A stretch of 64,000 bases of DNA from Patescibacteria group bacterium (lineage in GTDB: Bacteria; Patescibacteriota; Patescibacteriia; Patescibacteriales; UBA12465), in assembly GCA_041658665.1 (NCBI GenBank), contig JBAZZR010000001.1:192576-256575 (forward strand), in the 5' to 3' direction. The notes under the pieces were generated by a model. It worked only from the letters and a program-made list of their open reading frames with translations, was not told the origin of the DNA and made no database searches. Both the position numbers and the translations under genes were made by a program. Positions within the stretch are counted from its first letter, which is position 1. Each line of letters begins with the position of its first letter. This document shows, in pieces, positions 50,301 to 58,900 of the stretch.

Positions 50301-50527
50301 GGGTTTGGCGCCAAGTCGTTGATTTTAATAAGGATAACGTTGATATCGCGATTACGCCTTATGGCCATTTCGCTCAGGTTTATTATTTAATTGAAGGTAA
50401 TAAGCTTATTTTTAGAGCGGACAAGCCGGTCGAAATTTCTTATCGTTTGATCGGTCGCCGCTTTGACTGGCGAGACTGGCCGACTAAGCCGTTTGATCAG
50501 TCAGTTAATGGGATAGAAATTAAATAA
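38342..50527 (+). CDS. Giant secreted tail-fibre-like repeat protein 2 (4061 aa)
   Basis: Uninterrupted 12.2-kb ORF with its own signal peptide (...SFSVASA). It has 11 anchor modules and dozens of GNVGIGTTxP motifs. The C-terminus carries 'YLPLAGGTM' (a tail-fibre-type motif) followed by a unique ~170-aa terminal domain. Confidence 0.85.
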   Translation: MRHRNKNIIWLVVLGSLLSFSVASAKNFTIYNALNINQPYFSVNGTTGNVGIATTTPAAKLEVAALSGYSILGGNQKIGNVANPTASSDVATLGWVNSAISSATGSITLWGGTTGGNIWSLNSGNVGIGTSNPANKLHIYTNTARTDQLVLQNPSGSATTRTHFGSWYDATVLAQNAYFNNGWTADDVTKGSTQISMGVSDIVFQTAPAAATPSFATRMTITNNGSVGIGTTNPGVNKVSISGAFTSAASNSSLFVSQTGGTAINDATGIYPAIYGYSNLPGWYANNLAIGVKGEARNESRIGSTHRIGVWGHAEYNENSAYTTYAYEGGSLRAGYFDNIVTWTSGQKPLTTAYGLYVKAVNLGTGSRVNNVYGLYLDNNTINGTVEGGQYGVYQLGSGVNNYFAGNVGIATTTPAAKLEVAALSGYSILAGSQKIGNVANPTANSDVVTLGWLNSAIAPLNPGGSNSLWNGTSTGNIWSVNSGNVGIGTTNPAAKADINVGGWGTGAHVAFDDIVDSYPAIKLYAHTGDGTTFKSYQQAVNSAGTLKFYSGSSAVLGAETLTERMAITTGGYVGIGTTTPRALLDVYGNATIGGSLIVNDNATGYGTAASLKLQYDQDNNFYELGTRFPDFFIKQNTTEFLTIKSGTGNVGIGTTNPGQKLDVYPSSGDSAIRIRSADGNAQLYIDAGGTNKNSGVSYNLSGAQKWFAGLKYGSTNNFAIYEADGSDTSRLTIIPGGNTYLAQNGGNVGIATTTPAAKLEVAALSGYSILAGNQKIGNVAAPLITGDVVTLGYLQSYVNASSSDLWSGTKDGTIWNGAAGSGKVGIGTVNPTAKLSINATGTPSTVQALSVVGNGAWGSGYLASLGNYTSISQTSSGQGFMSWGAYNNGSSWVRTYDGGMGLANLVFGTGPYFSIQTDTATSGVPNFVDRLTVGTSGNVGIGINPSHKLDVNGTINIARGSNLFFGSGDAGLSSNFGTTGYLAFNTWGPASYTEKMRIDGAGNVGIGTTTPSKKLTIITPDSDIGLRFVGPGGETYDIGEETGNEMKISSQTYLNLHAYHRATSDIQIRNADILMRQPTFFTVGNVGIATTTPAAKLEVAAASGYSILAGSQKIGNVALPTANSDAATKGYVDSAFAPGGSNSLWNGTSTGNIWNMNSGNVGIGTTAPGATIVPDLATPGNVLEIKSPNNVNALYMRRSDGLAGLNITNEGQNTGIVYLDSIYNNTGASYSGFQFRVRTSGTPVNAMRIDGNGNVGIGIMNPTSKLDVAGSFEADNGYKIVRLPRGDGATNSVRWYLLAALPTNSYRTLSFNVLSSNYFDSSTGQDDVHFQITNWLTSTPVISYWVNKGSLSTNIPGRIIVTNEGDGYLRVYCTVARYGDATLITQEYTGINGDSYSLNPAEFAQGSAIPSGISASVIYDTSTAAPNHYFALGNTGIGYSSPGTAALAVNGNVGIGTTNPTENLQVGNGAGYAHLMLQSNGGGGYIKFNDAVNATTQYIGHLNTTGAIQFAAGTTTPQMTFNTAGNLGIGTTVPAAKLEVAALSGYSILAGSQKIGNVALPTAVSDAATKGYVDSAFAPGGSNSLWNGTSTGNIWNMNSGNVGVGTSSPALRLHVVGYTDGGSAWTPQAVFQNGYSSIGQSGVRFRSNNQNINYDLFGYDHATAGDEYLGLDVWSGGATNAQFRNTPAFALTVAGNVGIGTTSPLAKLDVQGTDVGATKAIIVRNSAGTDNFSVSNNGQVNIQGSTNIVPMSGGSAYIQIRNNATGYMTVQGDTSYGLLLNPNGGNVGIGTSTPGYKLDVYSGYANATRYYARGVGGAASSAYMYADSGGLAVTGGYIYAAGAGNGFYVANTATFRGNIVNDSGALTLNQAGQSNTNIVLNPTSGNVGIGTTSPVAKLEVAAASGYSILAGSQKIGNVALPTAVSDAATKGYVDSSFAPGGSNSLWNGTSTGNIWNMNSGNVGIGTTNPGSLLELRKDVTGTVGPTLTLSNIYHTAGTINEIQFRNNNSIDSGLVPNAYIRSVHTGAGNQVGLQFGTRGTSDSLTTKMTIDKDGNVGVGITNPNSRLHSYNSTADGTAPGRTSVIDVLTLETANSTIAPYRGFGQGLEFRGRTYSNSTVRTLGRIATVLTDDSGTDTGTSIVFQNVPSSSTAVAPVERMRIDYNGNVGIGTSAPGTKLEVIGSGSTFATTNFRLANSNNTTIFAVQDHSVGRFTGQFQIIGAGASRLYVEDTASILGNVGIGTTTLANARLTILPSGQNYAIDAGSYRIGNVALPTAVSDAATKGYVDSSFAPGGSNSLWNGTSTGNIWNMNSGNVGIGTTNPAGKLTIQEGELLINNNAYSGSSNGLSLKMDSGDNNIYIVSKNGNNLNLGTDNSVDLTIKQGGYVGIGTTAPLKLLSMSKLAGDAVLRIENTGNGNSSGIDFIRERQTGTGQDGGSIFMDSDTATNNALLYIQAQSASVSSGVTGALSASNGVRLLLRGGTGIFSIENGATESMRIVANGNVGIGTSAPGQKLSVVGTGSFHSNATSTNYQSQIRVGWSDSWYGGNIFAKSNINLNLATGFYQYYSSSAGGDRYRSVNNDGTDRSGASIQLSGYGEVPTSNRIIFYKSAPIANNTDFTSLIEMGAWQENGLYVANNVGIGTTTPTAELEFGSGSGYSILAGSQKIGNVALPTIASDAATKGYVDGASTAFWNLNGSNLFASSTTWNVGIGTTNPGYKLELSGGDLQINNNQILATQNSVAGGAVYTFNNVAAYYDSSANAQGYLVIDTTIPQDSNVMYDFDLIGHVYISSKILDLHIGAYSTSEGNGGFRAFSVSSMSSNMPNVQIARNTNGKTSFIIGAVGTDWRYTNLSVPRFSVGYSRSFDYANGWDMRFTTDISAYTNIDTIPYSLAGVTGSGTGNYLTKWQSSGTGLTNSTVFDNGTNVGIGTTGPHSSLEVSSATTAELTLNRQGGWATGPAGIKFATDNNVAVNWTFGMLPDSTNNMHLKYSTTEPLTILTGGNVGIGTTSPAARLEVVDNAVVNYSILAGNKRIGNVALPSLASDAATKGYVDGAFAPGGSNSLWNGTSTGNIWNLNSGNVGVGTTSPVAKLEVVGDLKATTFGWFRGNSNGTNAISLKLGRQIDSEASLADIYTDDSTGDILKFKINRYTSKYSFDYAGPTYSKGVEFNSHYTAGTQVSLYNEAEATKVYLNTNGGSYFMGGNVGVGTTNPGVKLGIDAADAGTTLGSSGVTLNVSNSNATANNIAAISFGNAAGGAGWSQIGAIYADHTGNSEDQHIFFRTIEAGAATEKMRITNNGNVGIGTTNPGAQLEITVGSTDKPAAIINVTTAQSSNKNVYIKNSGQAAVGFSSYPGAYTPSLVIQNNNNSRLLWISPLDGSSGANARLRVGATGLDIYTGGTTSDTGNLGFSQNISGLVSIGTTTPANAKLTIVPNGQTYAIDAGNYKIGNVAAPSASADVVTLAYLQSYGNASSSELWSGTKDGAIWNGAAGAGNVGIGTTNPGSKLSIAGIGVANTPLTLTQIFNTIPYVAGNGMGAARIELGHGQMHGYIEAGATSETDSSKGYLAFGNLQPTNVVAEVMRINQSGNVGIGTTNPTYKLYVNGTIAASSTNSIFVPAGAGYRSLFSDNFNYYTPASHSNHSWFRNSSNLWSFQGGVGGEDWTQTAQLYLAPVGTAGADDKLIEIGQRVSNAAAGDYKGLRVVHFTGSAIADGYLQAGNVYFSGNLGIGTTTPAYKLHSYAASANLITSEGNGGSDYYEGSFLAKSNNSGRGAGLFTTSFGNNSWFIGNPYNSNGSFMVGYRSGAFSSATADYTNAKLFINSSGNMGIATTTLANAKLTIVPNGQTYAIDAGNYKIGNVAAPLVDGDVVTRAYLETYVGTSTGYLPLAGGTMNSGAAVNMNNGGISSLSSLSMNATGTATIYKLNVTTIDPLYKIKGINYATYAASISGGVKEEYVGKIKLKAKNNKESEAVVDFAKLPVGDDLWVWRQVVDFNKDNVDIAITPYGHFAQVYYLIEGNKLIFRADKPVEISYRLIGRRFDWRDWPTKPFDQSVNGIEIK
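38482..49990 (+). repeat. In-frame ~1.1-kb super-repeat, gene 2 (11 anchor modules)
   Basis: Anchor-module starts lie at approximately 38482, 39557, 40580, 41594, 42917, 43997, 45054, 46253, 47348, 48591 and 49817 (spacing 1.01-1.32 kb). Confidence 0.85.
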
Positions 50528-50573
50528 TAGTTTCTGAAAAATAGCTGAAAAAATAGCGGAGATAATTTATTTA

Positions 50574-50582
50574 TGTTATAAT
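50574..50582 (+). promoter_or_regulatory. Extended -10 promoter TGTTATAAT
   Basis: An exact match upstream of the cupredoxin-like gene. Confidence 0.45.
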
Positions 50583-50644
50583 AAAGATAATTTATAAAAT
50601 AGTGCATCCTCGTTTTTTAGCGCGGGCACTTCTAAATTAAAAAT

Positions 50645-51286
50645 ATGGAAAACAAAAGCAAAAAACTATGGATCCTTTTAGGGGTCGCCGTGGTCATCGT
50701 AATTATTATTATTGTGGCTGCTACCCAAGGAACTAAAAAAACTCAGCCGGCCGGCGAGTCTAACGAGACCGGTCAGCCTACTGGCCAAACGCCTAGCGAT
50801 AATGCCGGTACCTCGACTACTCCTGCCCCGGCCGTTAATAATGTTCTAAAGGATACGCGCGTCGAAGCGCCTAACGCTAATCCGATTACTAAGGACAATG
50901 TCGTTGTGAACCAAGAAGGGAAAGCGACTGTAAATAGCGTTGCTCCGACCTCGCCTTTAGCCCCGGCACAAACCGGTCCGGTTAAAAAGGAAAATTTAGC
51001 GCCGAGCGTTATTAAAATAGACGTTAATTCTTCCGGTTATACTCCGAAAGAATTTACCGTTAAACCAGGCGCTCCAGTTACTATTTCCTTAACTTCTGTC
51101 GACGAATTCGTGCATAGCCTAGTATTTGACGACGCTTCTTTATCCGCTTTAGGTCTCGGCGTCTATTCTAAAGAAACTCGAGCGATTAGTTTTAACGCTC
51201 CGACTAAAGCTGGCGAATATGCCTTCTTCTGTAACGTCGGGAACCACCGCAGTCGTGGCGAAGCCGGTAAGATGATTGTAAAATAA
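50645..51286 (+). CDS. Membrane-anchored cupredoxin-domain protein
   Basis: An N-terminal TM helix and a low-complexity Pro/Thr/Gly linker are followed by a C-terminal ~100 aa with a type-1-copper-like ligand pattern: 'FVHSLVF' (His), 'FFCNVGNH' (Cys..His) and 'GKMIV' (Met). Confidence 0.6.
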   Translation: MENKSKKLWILLGVAVVIVIIIIVAATQGTKKTQPAGESNETGQPTGQTPSDNAGTSTTPAPAVNNVLKDTRVEAPNANPITKDNVVVNQEGKATVNSVAPTSPLAPAQTGPVKKENLAPSVIKIDVNSSGYTPKEFTVKPGAPVTISLTSVDEFVHSLVFDDASLSALGLGVYSKETRAISFNAPTKAGEYAFFCNVGNHRSRGEAGKMIVK

Positions 51287-51305
51287 GATATTTATTCTCG
51301 TAAGA

Positions 51306-51333
51306 ACACCCGCTAATTCGGCGGGTGTTTTTA
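51306..51333 (+). terminator. Rho-independent terminator
   Basis: CACCCGC-TAATTCG-GCGGGTG hairpin followed by TTTTT. Confidence 0.7.
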
Positions 51334-51342
51334 GTTAGCCTA

Positions 51343-51351
51343 TGTTATAAT
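51343..51351 (+). promoter_or_regulatory. Extended -10 promoter TGTTATAAT
   Basis: An exact match 49 nt upstream of ATG 51400. Confidence 0.45.
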
Positions 51352-51399
51352 AAATTAAGATAATGAGTTAAGAGTTATCTATTTTTCAGCTTATTATTT

Positions 51400-52881
51400 A
51401 TGAGTATAGCCGGTCGAAAAAAGCGGATGAAGAAAATTATTAATATCGTTCCGCTCTTGGTTGTTTTTGTTTTAATTTATTTTGCTACTTATTATTTAGC
51501 CGCGCGCGGTCTGATTATTTTTGGTCGAAAAAACTTGTGGGCTTGGACTAGCCAAAGCCCGACGTCTGGCCAAATCGAAAATAAAGATCAAAGCCCGGAT
51601 AAAAGTCAGAGTCAGGGTCAAGACAATCGGGAAACTATAATTTCCGAATCTCTGGCGACTCGCGTTGGAGTTGGCGCCGCGCCTTTAGCGACTCCTCAGG
51701 CTAGTTTAACTTTCGGCTCTTTTTCGGAATATTTTATCGGGACGGATCAAGTCGATTGGTCGCGGACGACTTTATATCGCGACCATAAAGCCGTGGCGAT
51801 ATTTTTTGCGCCCGATTTTAGCTGGTCTAAGGCTGATCAAGCGCTAGTTGATAAGTTTCAAGATTCTTATCAAGATAGTCATTTAAATAGTGCCGAAGGA
51901 AATTATTATGATAAGCGTTGTTTAAAAAAAGATTGTTTAGAAGTAAAAAATTTAGATTTATTTTATAAGGGGCAAACTTTAGTTAGACCTCCGGAATTAG
52001 CTAAAAGGGAAGTCGTCGCTGTTTCTTTAGGGACGATTGGAGAAAATTGGTTAGTTGGTTTTACCCTAAAAAAGGATAATAAGTATCAAGGCCTGGTTTT
52101 TTATTTTGACGGGCATAAATTTTCTCGCTTAAATATCCCGGAGTTTAATTCGGATTATTCCGGGCTATTTGGTTTCGGCGGGGTAAAGAATGATTTTTTA
52201 GTAGTTTATGGCGCTTATAAAGGCGAGGCTTACCGAGTCCGGCCGAATCAGACTAAAGACATTAGTCGTTTCTTTGAAATAAAAGTAATGACTAAAGGTT
52301 TTAAGCCAGAAATTATCCGCGCCTTTAACGGGAAAGATATCCATTGGTATGTTTATAGCGCGACCCTTTCGCGTCCCTGGCTCATAAAACTTTGGCAGAA
52401 CGGAACCCCGGAAATAGTCGGCGAAGCGGTTTTCGATAATTTTTTTAGTTTTACCTCCGAGTCGGCTATTTTTAAGTTAGTCGAGAGTAATCTGAGCGAG
52501 ACTATTTTATTAGCTAAGGTTAAAGAAAATAATCAAGAAATTTGGCAAGTTTTTAGAGATAGGGGATTTAAAAATGAAAATCCGGCCGAATTAATTTCGG
52601 CGCCGATAGCGAGGTTTGACGCGGCGCCATTTATAATTGAAAAAATTGCTCGTAGTAGTCTAAGTATAGATAGCCCCAGTAGCGCGCTCGTAAAATTATG
52701 GTTTTCGTCTGATGGCGACGTCTGGCGTCAATTATCGTCGACTGATAACCTAAATTTTATAACGCCGGTGACTAGAAAATTTTTTCTTCAAGTAACTTTT
52801 CCAAAATTTAAAGATAAATTTTACTCTCCTTTTTTAGAGGCAGTTTTATTTGATTATTACTATAAAATTAAGGTCGATTAA
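51400..52881 (+). CDS. Hypothetical membrane-anchored protein
   Basis: 493-aa ORF with an N-terminal TM helix and a Gln/Ser/Asp-rich linker. No family was recognised. Confidence 0.55.
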   Translation: MSIAGRKKRMKKIINIVPLLVVFVLIYFATYYLAARGLIIFGRKNLWAWTSQSPTSGQIENKDQSPDKSQSQGQDNRETIISESLATRVGVGAAPLATPQASLTFGSFSEYFIGTDQVDWSRTTLYRDHKAVAIFFAPDFSWSKADQALVDKFQDSYQDSHLNSAEGNYYDKRCLKKDCLEVKNLDLFYKGQTLVRPPELAKREVVAVSLGTIGENWLVGFTLKKDNKYQGLVFYFDGHKFSRLNIPEFNSDYSGLFGFGGVKNDFLVVYGAYKGEAYRVRPNQTKDISRFFEIKVMTKGFKPEIIRAFNGKDIHWYVYSATLSRPWLIKLWQNGTPEIVGEAVFDNFFSFTSESAIFKLVESNLSETILLAKVKENNQEIWQVFRDRGFKNENPAELISAPIARFDAAPFIIEKIARSSLSIDSPSSALVKLWFSSDGDVWRQLSSTDNLNFITPVTRKFFLQVTFPKFKDKFYSPFLEAVLFDYYYKIKVD

Positions 52882-52883
52882 TT

Positions 52884-52912
52884 TTGACCTCCGGAGCGCG
52901 AAATGTTATAAT
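52884..52912 (+). promoter_or_regulatory. Near-consensus promoter of giant gene 3 (TTGACC-17-TATAAT with TG extension)
   Basis: TTGACC at 52884..52889, a 17-nt spacer, and TGTTATAAT at 52904..52912. Confidence 0.6.
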
Positions 52913-52945
52913 TATCCTATAATGATTATTTTAAAAAATATTGCT

Positions 52946-55900
52946 ATGTCCAAAAAAATTCAAGTTTTTTTGGTTTTTACCTTACTCCTTTTTTTTACTT
53001 TTAATACCGCTCAAGCTTCGACCGTGACGGCCACTACAACCTTCTCAACTACTACGGTTTTTGCCGGTAATGTTGGAATTGGGGTGACGAATCCGACTTC
53101 GCCTCTTCATGTTGTAGGTAACATGTATTTAACTGGCACTATCGAATCGGCGGCTACTAATTTTTCTTTATATGCCGCCTGGAGTAACGCCGGTAGTATT
53201 CGATTTTTAGCGGGTAATAATGGAACGACTTGGTACGAAAGAATGAAAATAATGTCTTCTGGCAACGTCGGAATTGGAACGAGTGCGCCGGGAGCCTTAC
53301 TTCATCTTAGTTCTTCTACGCCGACTTTATTAATTCGTCCGACAGATCCTCTTAATGATGCGATGATTGATCTTAACTGGGCAGGCATTGTTAGCAGCCT
53401 GCGCCTTCGTTATAACCCGAATAGTGCGATGTCTTATATAGAAACGACTTATACGCCGACTGTCGGAACGGTCTATGGCGATATTGCGTTTAGAACTAAT
53501 GCTCTTGGTACTCCTAAGAATTTATTATATCTAGCTAACTATAGCGCTAACGTCGGAATAGGAACGACTAATCCGTTAGGCAAATTAGATATCATAGAAA
53601 GCGGTAATCAGATCAGAATAGATGCGGACGGGAGCGGAACAAATTACGGCGGGTATCCGTTAACATTAAATCGTACCGGGAGTAGTGCTGATGGCATCTT
53701 GATGCATGGCGCTTATGTTGATAATGCTACTTATTACTGGGGGCAAACGCACGGGTCATTCGGCGCCAGAGGAATCAATCTCAGTTATGGCGCGGGAATT
53801 AGTTTTTATGCCGATAATGTGGCTACGACCCTGAATACATCATTTACTCCGACAGAAAGGATGAGAATCACTAATGCCGGCAACGTCGGCATCGGGACGA
53901 CAACGCCGACTGCCGAATTAGAAATGGGTTCAGGCTCCGGTTATTCTATAAAGGCTGGTAATCAGAAGATTGGCGATGTCGCTAATCCAGGTGCTGATTC
54001 TGACGTTGTGACTCTTGGTTGGCTTAATTCGGCTATTGCTCCCCTTAACCCCGGAGGCTCTAATTCTCTTTGGAGCGGAACCTCGACTGGAAATATTTGG
54101 AATACTAATTCGGGTAACGTCGGGATTGGGACGACTAATCCGACGGCTAAATTAAGTATAGGAGACGGAATAAATTCCTTACCTGCAAGTACAACTTTGT
54201 GGATTAAGGGGGTTAGCGGAACTGGGAGGACAAATAGAATTTCTTTAGGGTTGAATAATAATCAAGATTATGGAATATATATTGCTGAAAATAATGTTGA
54301 TTATTCTTCTGGGCAAATTGCAGAATTTGGGACCAGATATGGAGGTACTGATTATCCAGCCTTGTATTTACGTTCTGGAAACGTCGGAATTGGAACAAGT
54401 AGCCCATCTTATCTTTTAACTGTTGGTAATAATAACCAGTTTACAGTTGGCAGTACTGGTTCTGTGCAGGCAAGCGGTTATCAATGTAATGGCGGATCCT
54501 GTTCATATTCTTGGGGTGGAGATACTAATATTTATCGTGACGCGGCTGCTTATATTCTTGGTTTAAGATATGGCACTAATCCGATGACTTTTAGAATTTA
54601 TAATACTTATACCGATGCTTCGAATTATGAAAGATTAGCTATCGCTGGAGCGGCTGCTGGCGCCTATACTATTACTAGCCAAGCGGCGGGGACGGGAGTA
54701 GTTAGAAATATAGCTTTAATGGGCGGGAATGTGGGGGTTGGGACGACGACGCCACAACGAACACTCCAGGTTAATGCAGCAGATATTCCTCTTGGAGGTG
54801 GAGCGGCGATGCAGTATGGAGGCAATTTACTTATTATGTCCAATGATTCCGCTGCCATTGATAAAGGTGGCAGCATAGGCTTTGGCGGAAATTATAGTGG
54901 AACGTCGCCATGGACATTTGCTTCGATTAAAGGTGCACGAGAAAATGTTACTTCAGGAACAGGATATTTAGCATTTTTTACAGAATTAAATGGTTTTCAT
55001 AATGAGCAAATGCGTATAAATAGCTCTGGCAATATTGGAATTGGGACGACTACCCCTGCCGCTAGATTAGAAGTAGTTGATAACGCAGTAGTGAGTTATA
55101 GTATATTAGCCGATGATAAGAGAATCGGTAATGTTTCTTTACCTTCTTTAGCTTCAGATGCAGCGACTAAAGGTTATGTCGATAGTGCCATACCTCTGAC
55201 CGCTTCTTTATGGAACGGAACTACAACTGGAAATATCTGGAATGCTAATTCGGGAAATGTGGGAATTGGGAAAACAAATCCAGCTAAAAAATTAGAAGTT
55301 TTTGGAGATATTGCTTTGTCTAATGGAGGTAAAATTGGTCAAGGTAATGGCTGGGGTACGGATGGTAATTCATATAATGCTACTCTCGAATTATATAATG
55401 GCGCTACTGGTTATACTACCTTACAATCAGCTACGTCGTATGGGTTATTGTTAAACCCCGCTGGTGGCAATGTCGGAATTGGGACAACAACACCAGCGAA
55501 TAAATTACAAGTTATGGGTGACATAGATATAAGGAGCGGCGGATTAAAAATGTTTAATGGAAGCTATGGACTTTCTGCTGTTGATGGCACTTTGTTAAAA
55601 ATAAATCAAGGTGGTTTTAATAATACTGCTTTTATAACCGGCAACGTCGGAATTGGAACGACCACTCCGTTAAATAAATTACATATATCTGGTGGCGTTT
55701 CCGGCGGAACTCCTTATGAAGCTACTGGGGGCCTAACTATTGAACGAAGTGCGAGAGTTTCAATGCAGTTTTTATCGCCCAACACTACCGATCAATATAT
55801 TTTCTTTGGCGATCCGCAAGCGGCTAATCGGGCTTGGGTTGGTTATAATCATGCTACTGATCAATTATTATTACATACCGGCGGGACCACTTATATGGAC

Positions 55901-58900
55901 GGCAACGTCGGCATCGGAACATCGACTCCGGGGTACAAGTTAGACGTGACGGGCAGTATTAATTCCGGTGGCATCGGTGTTAATGGTTCTCTTTATCTTA
56001 ATAGTGCCGCCGATGGATTAGGCGGTGGGAGTTTGGTATATAGTAATGTGAGTAATACTTTAACGCTCGGTCAAAATAGAGGTGTCGCCTCAAAATTATT
56101 ATTAAGTGCAGCCGGTATTGAACTTCAAACTGAGGATAGTAGCTCCCCTTATAATAAGGTTACTAGAATTATAGTTAAGCATGGCGACTCCGGCCTCGTC
56201 GGAATTGGGACGACTACTCTTGCTAACGCTAAATTAACTATTGTTCCTAACGGTCAGACCTACGCAATTGATGCTGGGAATTATAAGATTGGTAATGTGG
56301 CCGCTCCTTCTGCTAGTGCCGATGTTGTGACTCTCGCCTATTTACAAAGTTATGGGAACGCCTCTTCTTCTGAATTATGGAGCGGGACTAAGGACGGGGC
56401 TATTTGGAATGGCGCGGCCGGTGCAGGGAATGTGGGGATTGGAACGACGAATCCTTTAGCAAAGTTACATATTTATGGTGCATCAAATATAGAAGAGCGC
56501 ATTCAAGCGACTAGTAGTCCTTATGGCGCAAAATTGAATTTATATTATTCAGATAATTCTGGCGGTTCTATGCTCTATACTGCCGCCGATGCTCATCTTT
56601 GGATAGACAACTATTACCAAGCTTCTAACGAAGCGGCTGGTTATGGCGATATTCAGTTTAGAACAAAGACTCTAGGAGGTACAACCTTAACCAATAATAT
56701 GGTTATCAAGGGATATAGCGGCAATATAGGAATTGGGACATCTACTCCCAGCGATGTCTTACATATTTATAAAAGTGGTGTTGCTACTGATTATGTGGCG
56801 AATTCAATAGCTGAGGGAGTAAATTTACGTATATCAAATCCCGGAAATAATTGGGGCGGTGTGGCTGGTTTAATCTTTGAAAATTCTGGCGCCGTTGCCG
56901 GCACTGGATACGCGAAGATTGGCGCTACAATAAATGACACCTCTGATTCTGATTTATTTTTTCAGATTTCCAATGCTGGAACAATCGCCGAAGGGATGAG
57001 AGTTGCAAGCACTGGCAACGTCGGGATTGGGACGACGGCACCGGGAAGTATTCTTTCTATTCTAAAGTCCTCTACTTATAATAACGAGAATTCAGGCGGA
57101 ATTGAAATAGCAACAGGAGTTGCAAATACAAATGCTAAATTAATTTTAGGAGCAGTTGCAGATTCGTATAGTTACATTCAATCAATGCAACAGGATTGGG
57201 ATTGGACTTCCAGGCCTCTTGTGTTGATGCCAAATGGCGGTAACGTCGGGATTGGGACGACAACGCCGACTCAGAATTTGACAGTCGGCAGCGCTGGGAG
57301 CGCCGGTAATGCTACTTATAATATCGGGGCTAATCGTATGGCAGTAAATAGTAGTTTTTACTCTTATGATTATATTTGTGCCGGTAATGACAGCGGAGCT
57401 TGCGATACTACCAATGGTGTAGTTATTCGTGGTGGGAATACGCCGAATACGTCCGCTAACGTAAGTTTAAGTCGTGGGATTTCGTTTTTTAATGGTGGCA
57501 ACGTCGGAATCGGAACGACGAACCCGACACAGAAGTTAGAAGTAGTCGGCTCCGGTTATTCTATCCTCGCCGGCAATCAGAAAATAGGGAACGTCGCTGT
57601 TCCTTCCGTCGCCGCTGATGTCGTCACTCTCGGTTATTTACAGAGTTATGTTAACGCTTCTTCTTCTGATCTGTGGAGCGGAACTAAAGACGGTAATATT
57701 TGGAACGGCACGGCTGGAGCGGGTAAAGTCGGAGTTGGGATTACTTCTCCTTCCGCTAATTTTCATGTCGCTTCCCCAATGGTTACTGACTCCGCTAACA
57801 ACGTCGTGGAGATTGGTGAAAATTATACAAACATGAATCACTCCATATTGCGTTTGCAGGGAAGCGCGATGACCAGCAACGGCTACTTTTTAGCTGCTCA
57901 GGACGGCAATTCTGGGTTATATAAATTTGTGGTTAGAGGCGATGGTAACGTGGCGATTGGAACATCAAGCCCGTCGGCTTTACTTGATGTTTTCGGTGCT
58001 CCTGGTAAAGCCGTGCTTTCGAGTGCGGCGGGCTTGACGCCGGCGGCCGGAACAATTCTTGGTACCCTTGGATTTAGGAATACTCAGTATAGTACTGATA
58101 GCGCCTATATTCATGCGATTACTGAAAACGTTTGGGCTGGTGCAGATTATCCTACCGCTCTCGCATTTTTTACCACCACTGATGGCGCTATTTCCTCTAG
58201 CGAGAAAGTAAGGATTAATAACGCCGGTAGTGTCGGGATTGGGACGACTAATCCGGGAACAAATTTACATGTTGTAGGAACTGGACGTTTTTCTGATTAT
58301 TTATATTTTGGAAGTTCTTCTGTTCAAAGTTACATGTATCATAATAATAGTGATTTAACTTTAAGAATTGGCGGAGATGATGATATCGCATTTTTTGTTG
58401 ATGGACAAACTACGCCTAAGGCCATTATTAAATCTAGCGGCAACGTTGGAATCGGAACGACGAGCCCAGCTTTTAAATTAGATGTTAATGGTCTGGCAAG
58501 ATTTAATGGTAATTATTTAAGAATACAAAATTCTAGTGCGTCAAACAGTGGATATATAGACTTTGGTAATGCTGACGCTTATGTAGGATATCAGACGGCA
58601 GGAACATTTAATATAAAACATTGGGATGGCACAGACTATTATGAATCACTTAGAATTAATGGGCCAAGCCATTTTACTTTATTATCGCCGATTGAAGGAA
58701 ATGTTGGTATCGGAATAACGAGTCCCGCCGCTAAATTAGAAGTAGTCGGTACCGGTTACTCTATTTTAGCCGGCAGTCAGAAAATCGGTAATGTCGCCGT
58801 TCCTTCGGCCGCCGCCGATGTCGTCACTCTCGGCTATTTACAGAGCTATGTTAATGCTTCCTCCTCTGATTTATGGAGCGGGACTAAAGACGGTAATATT

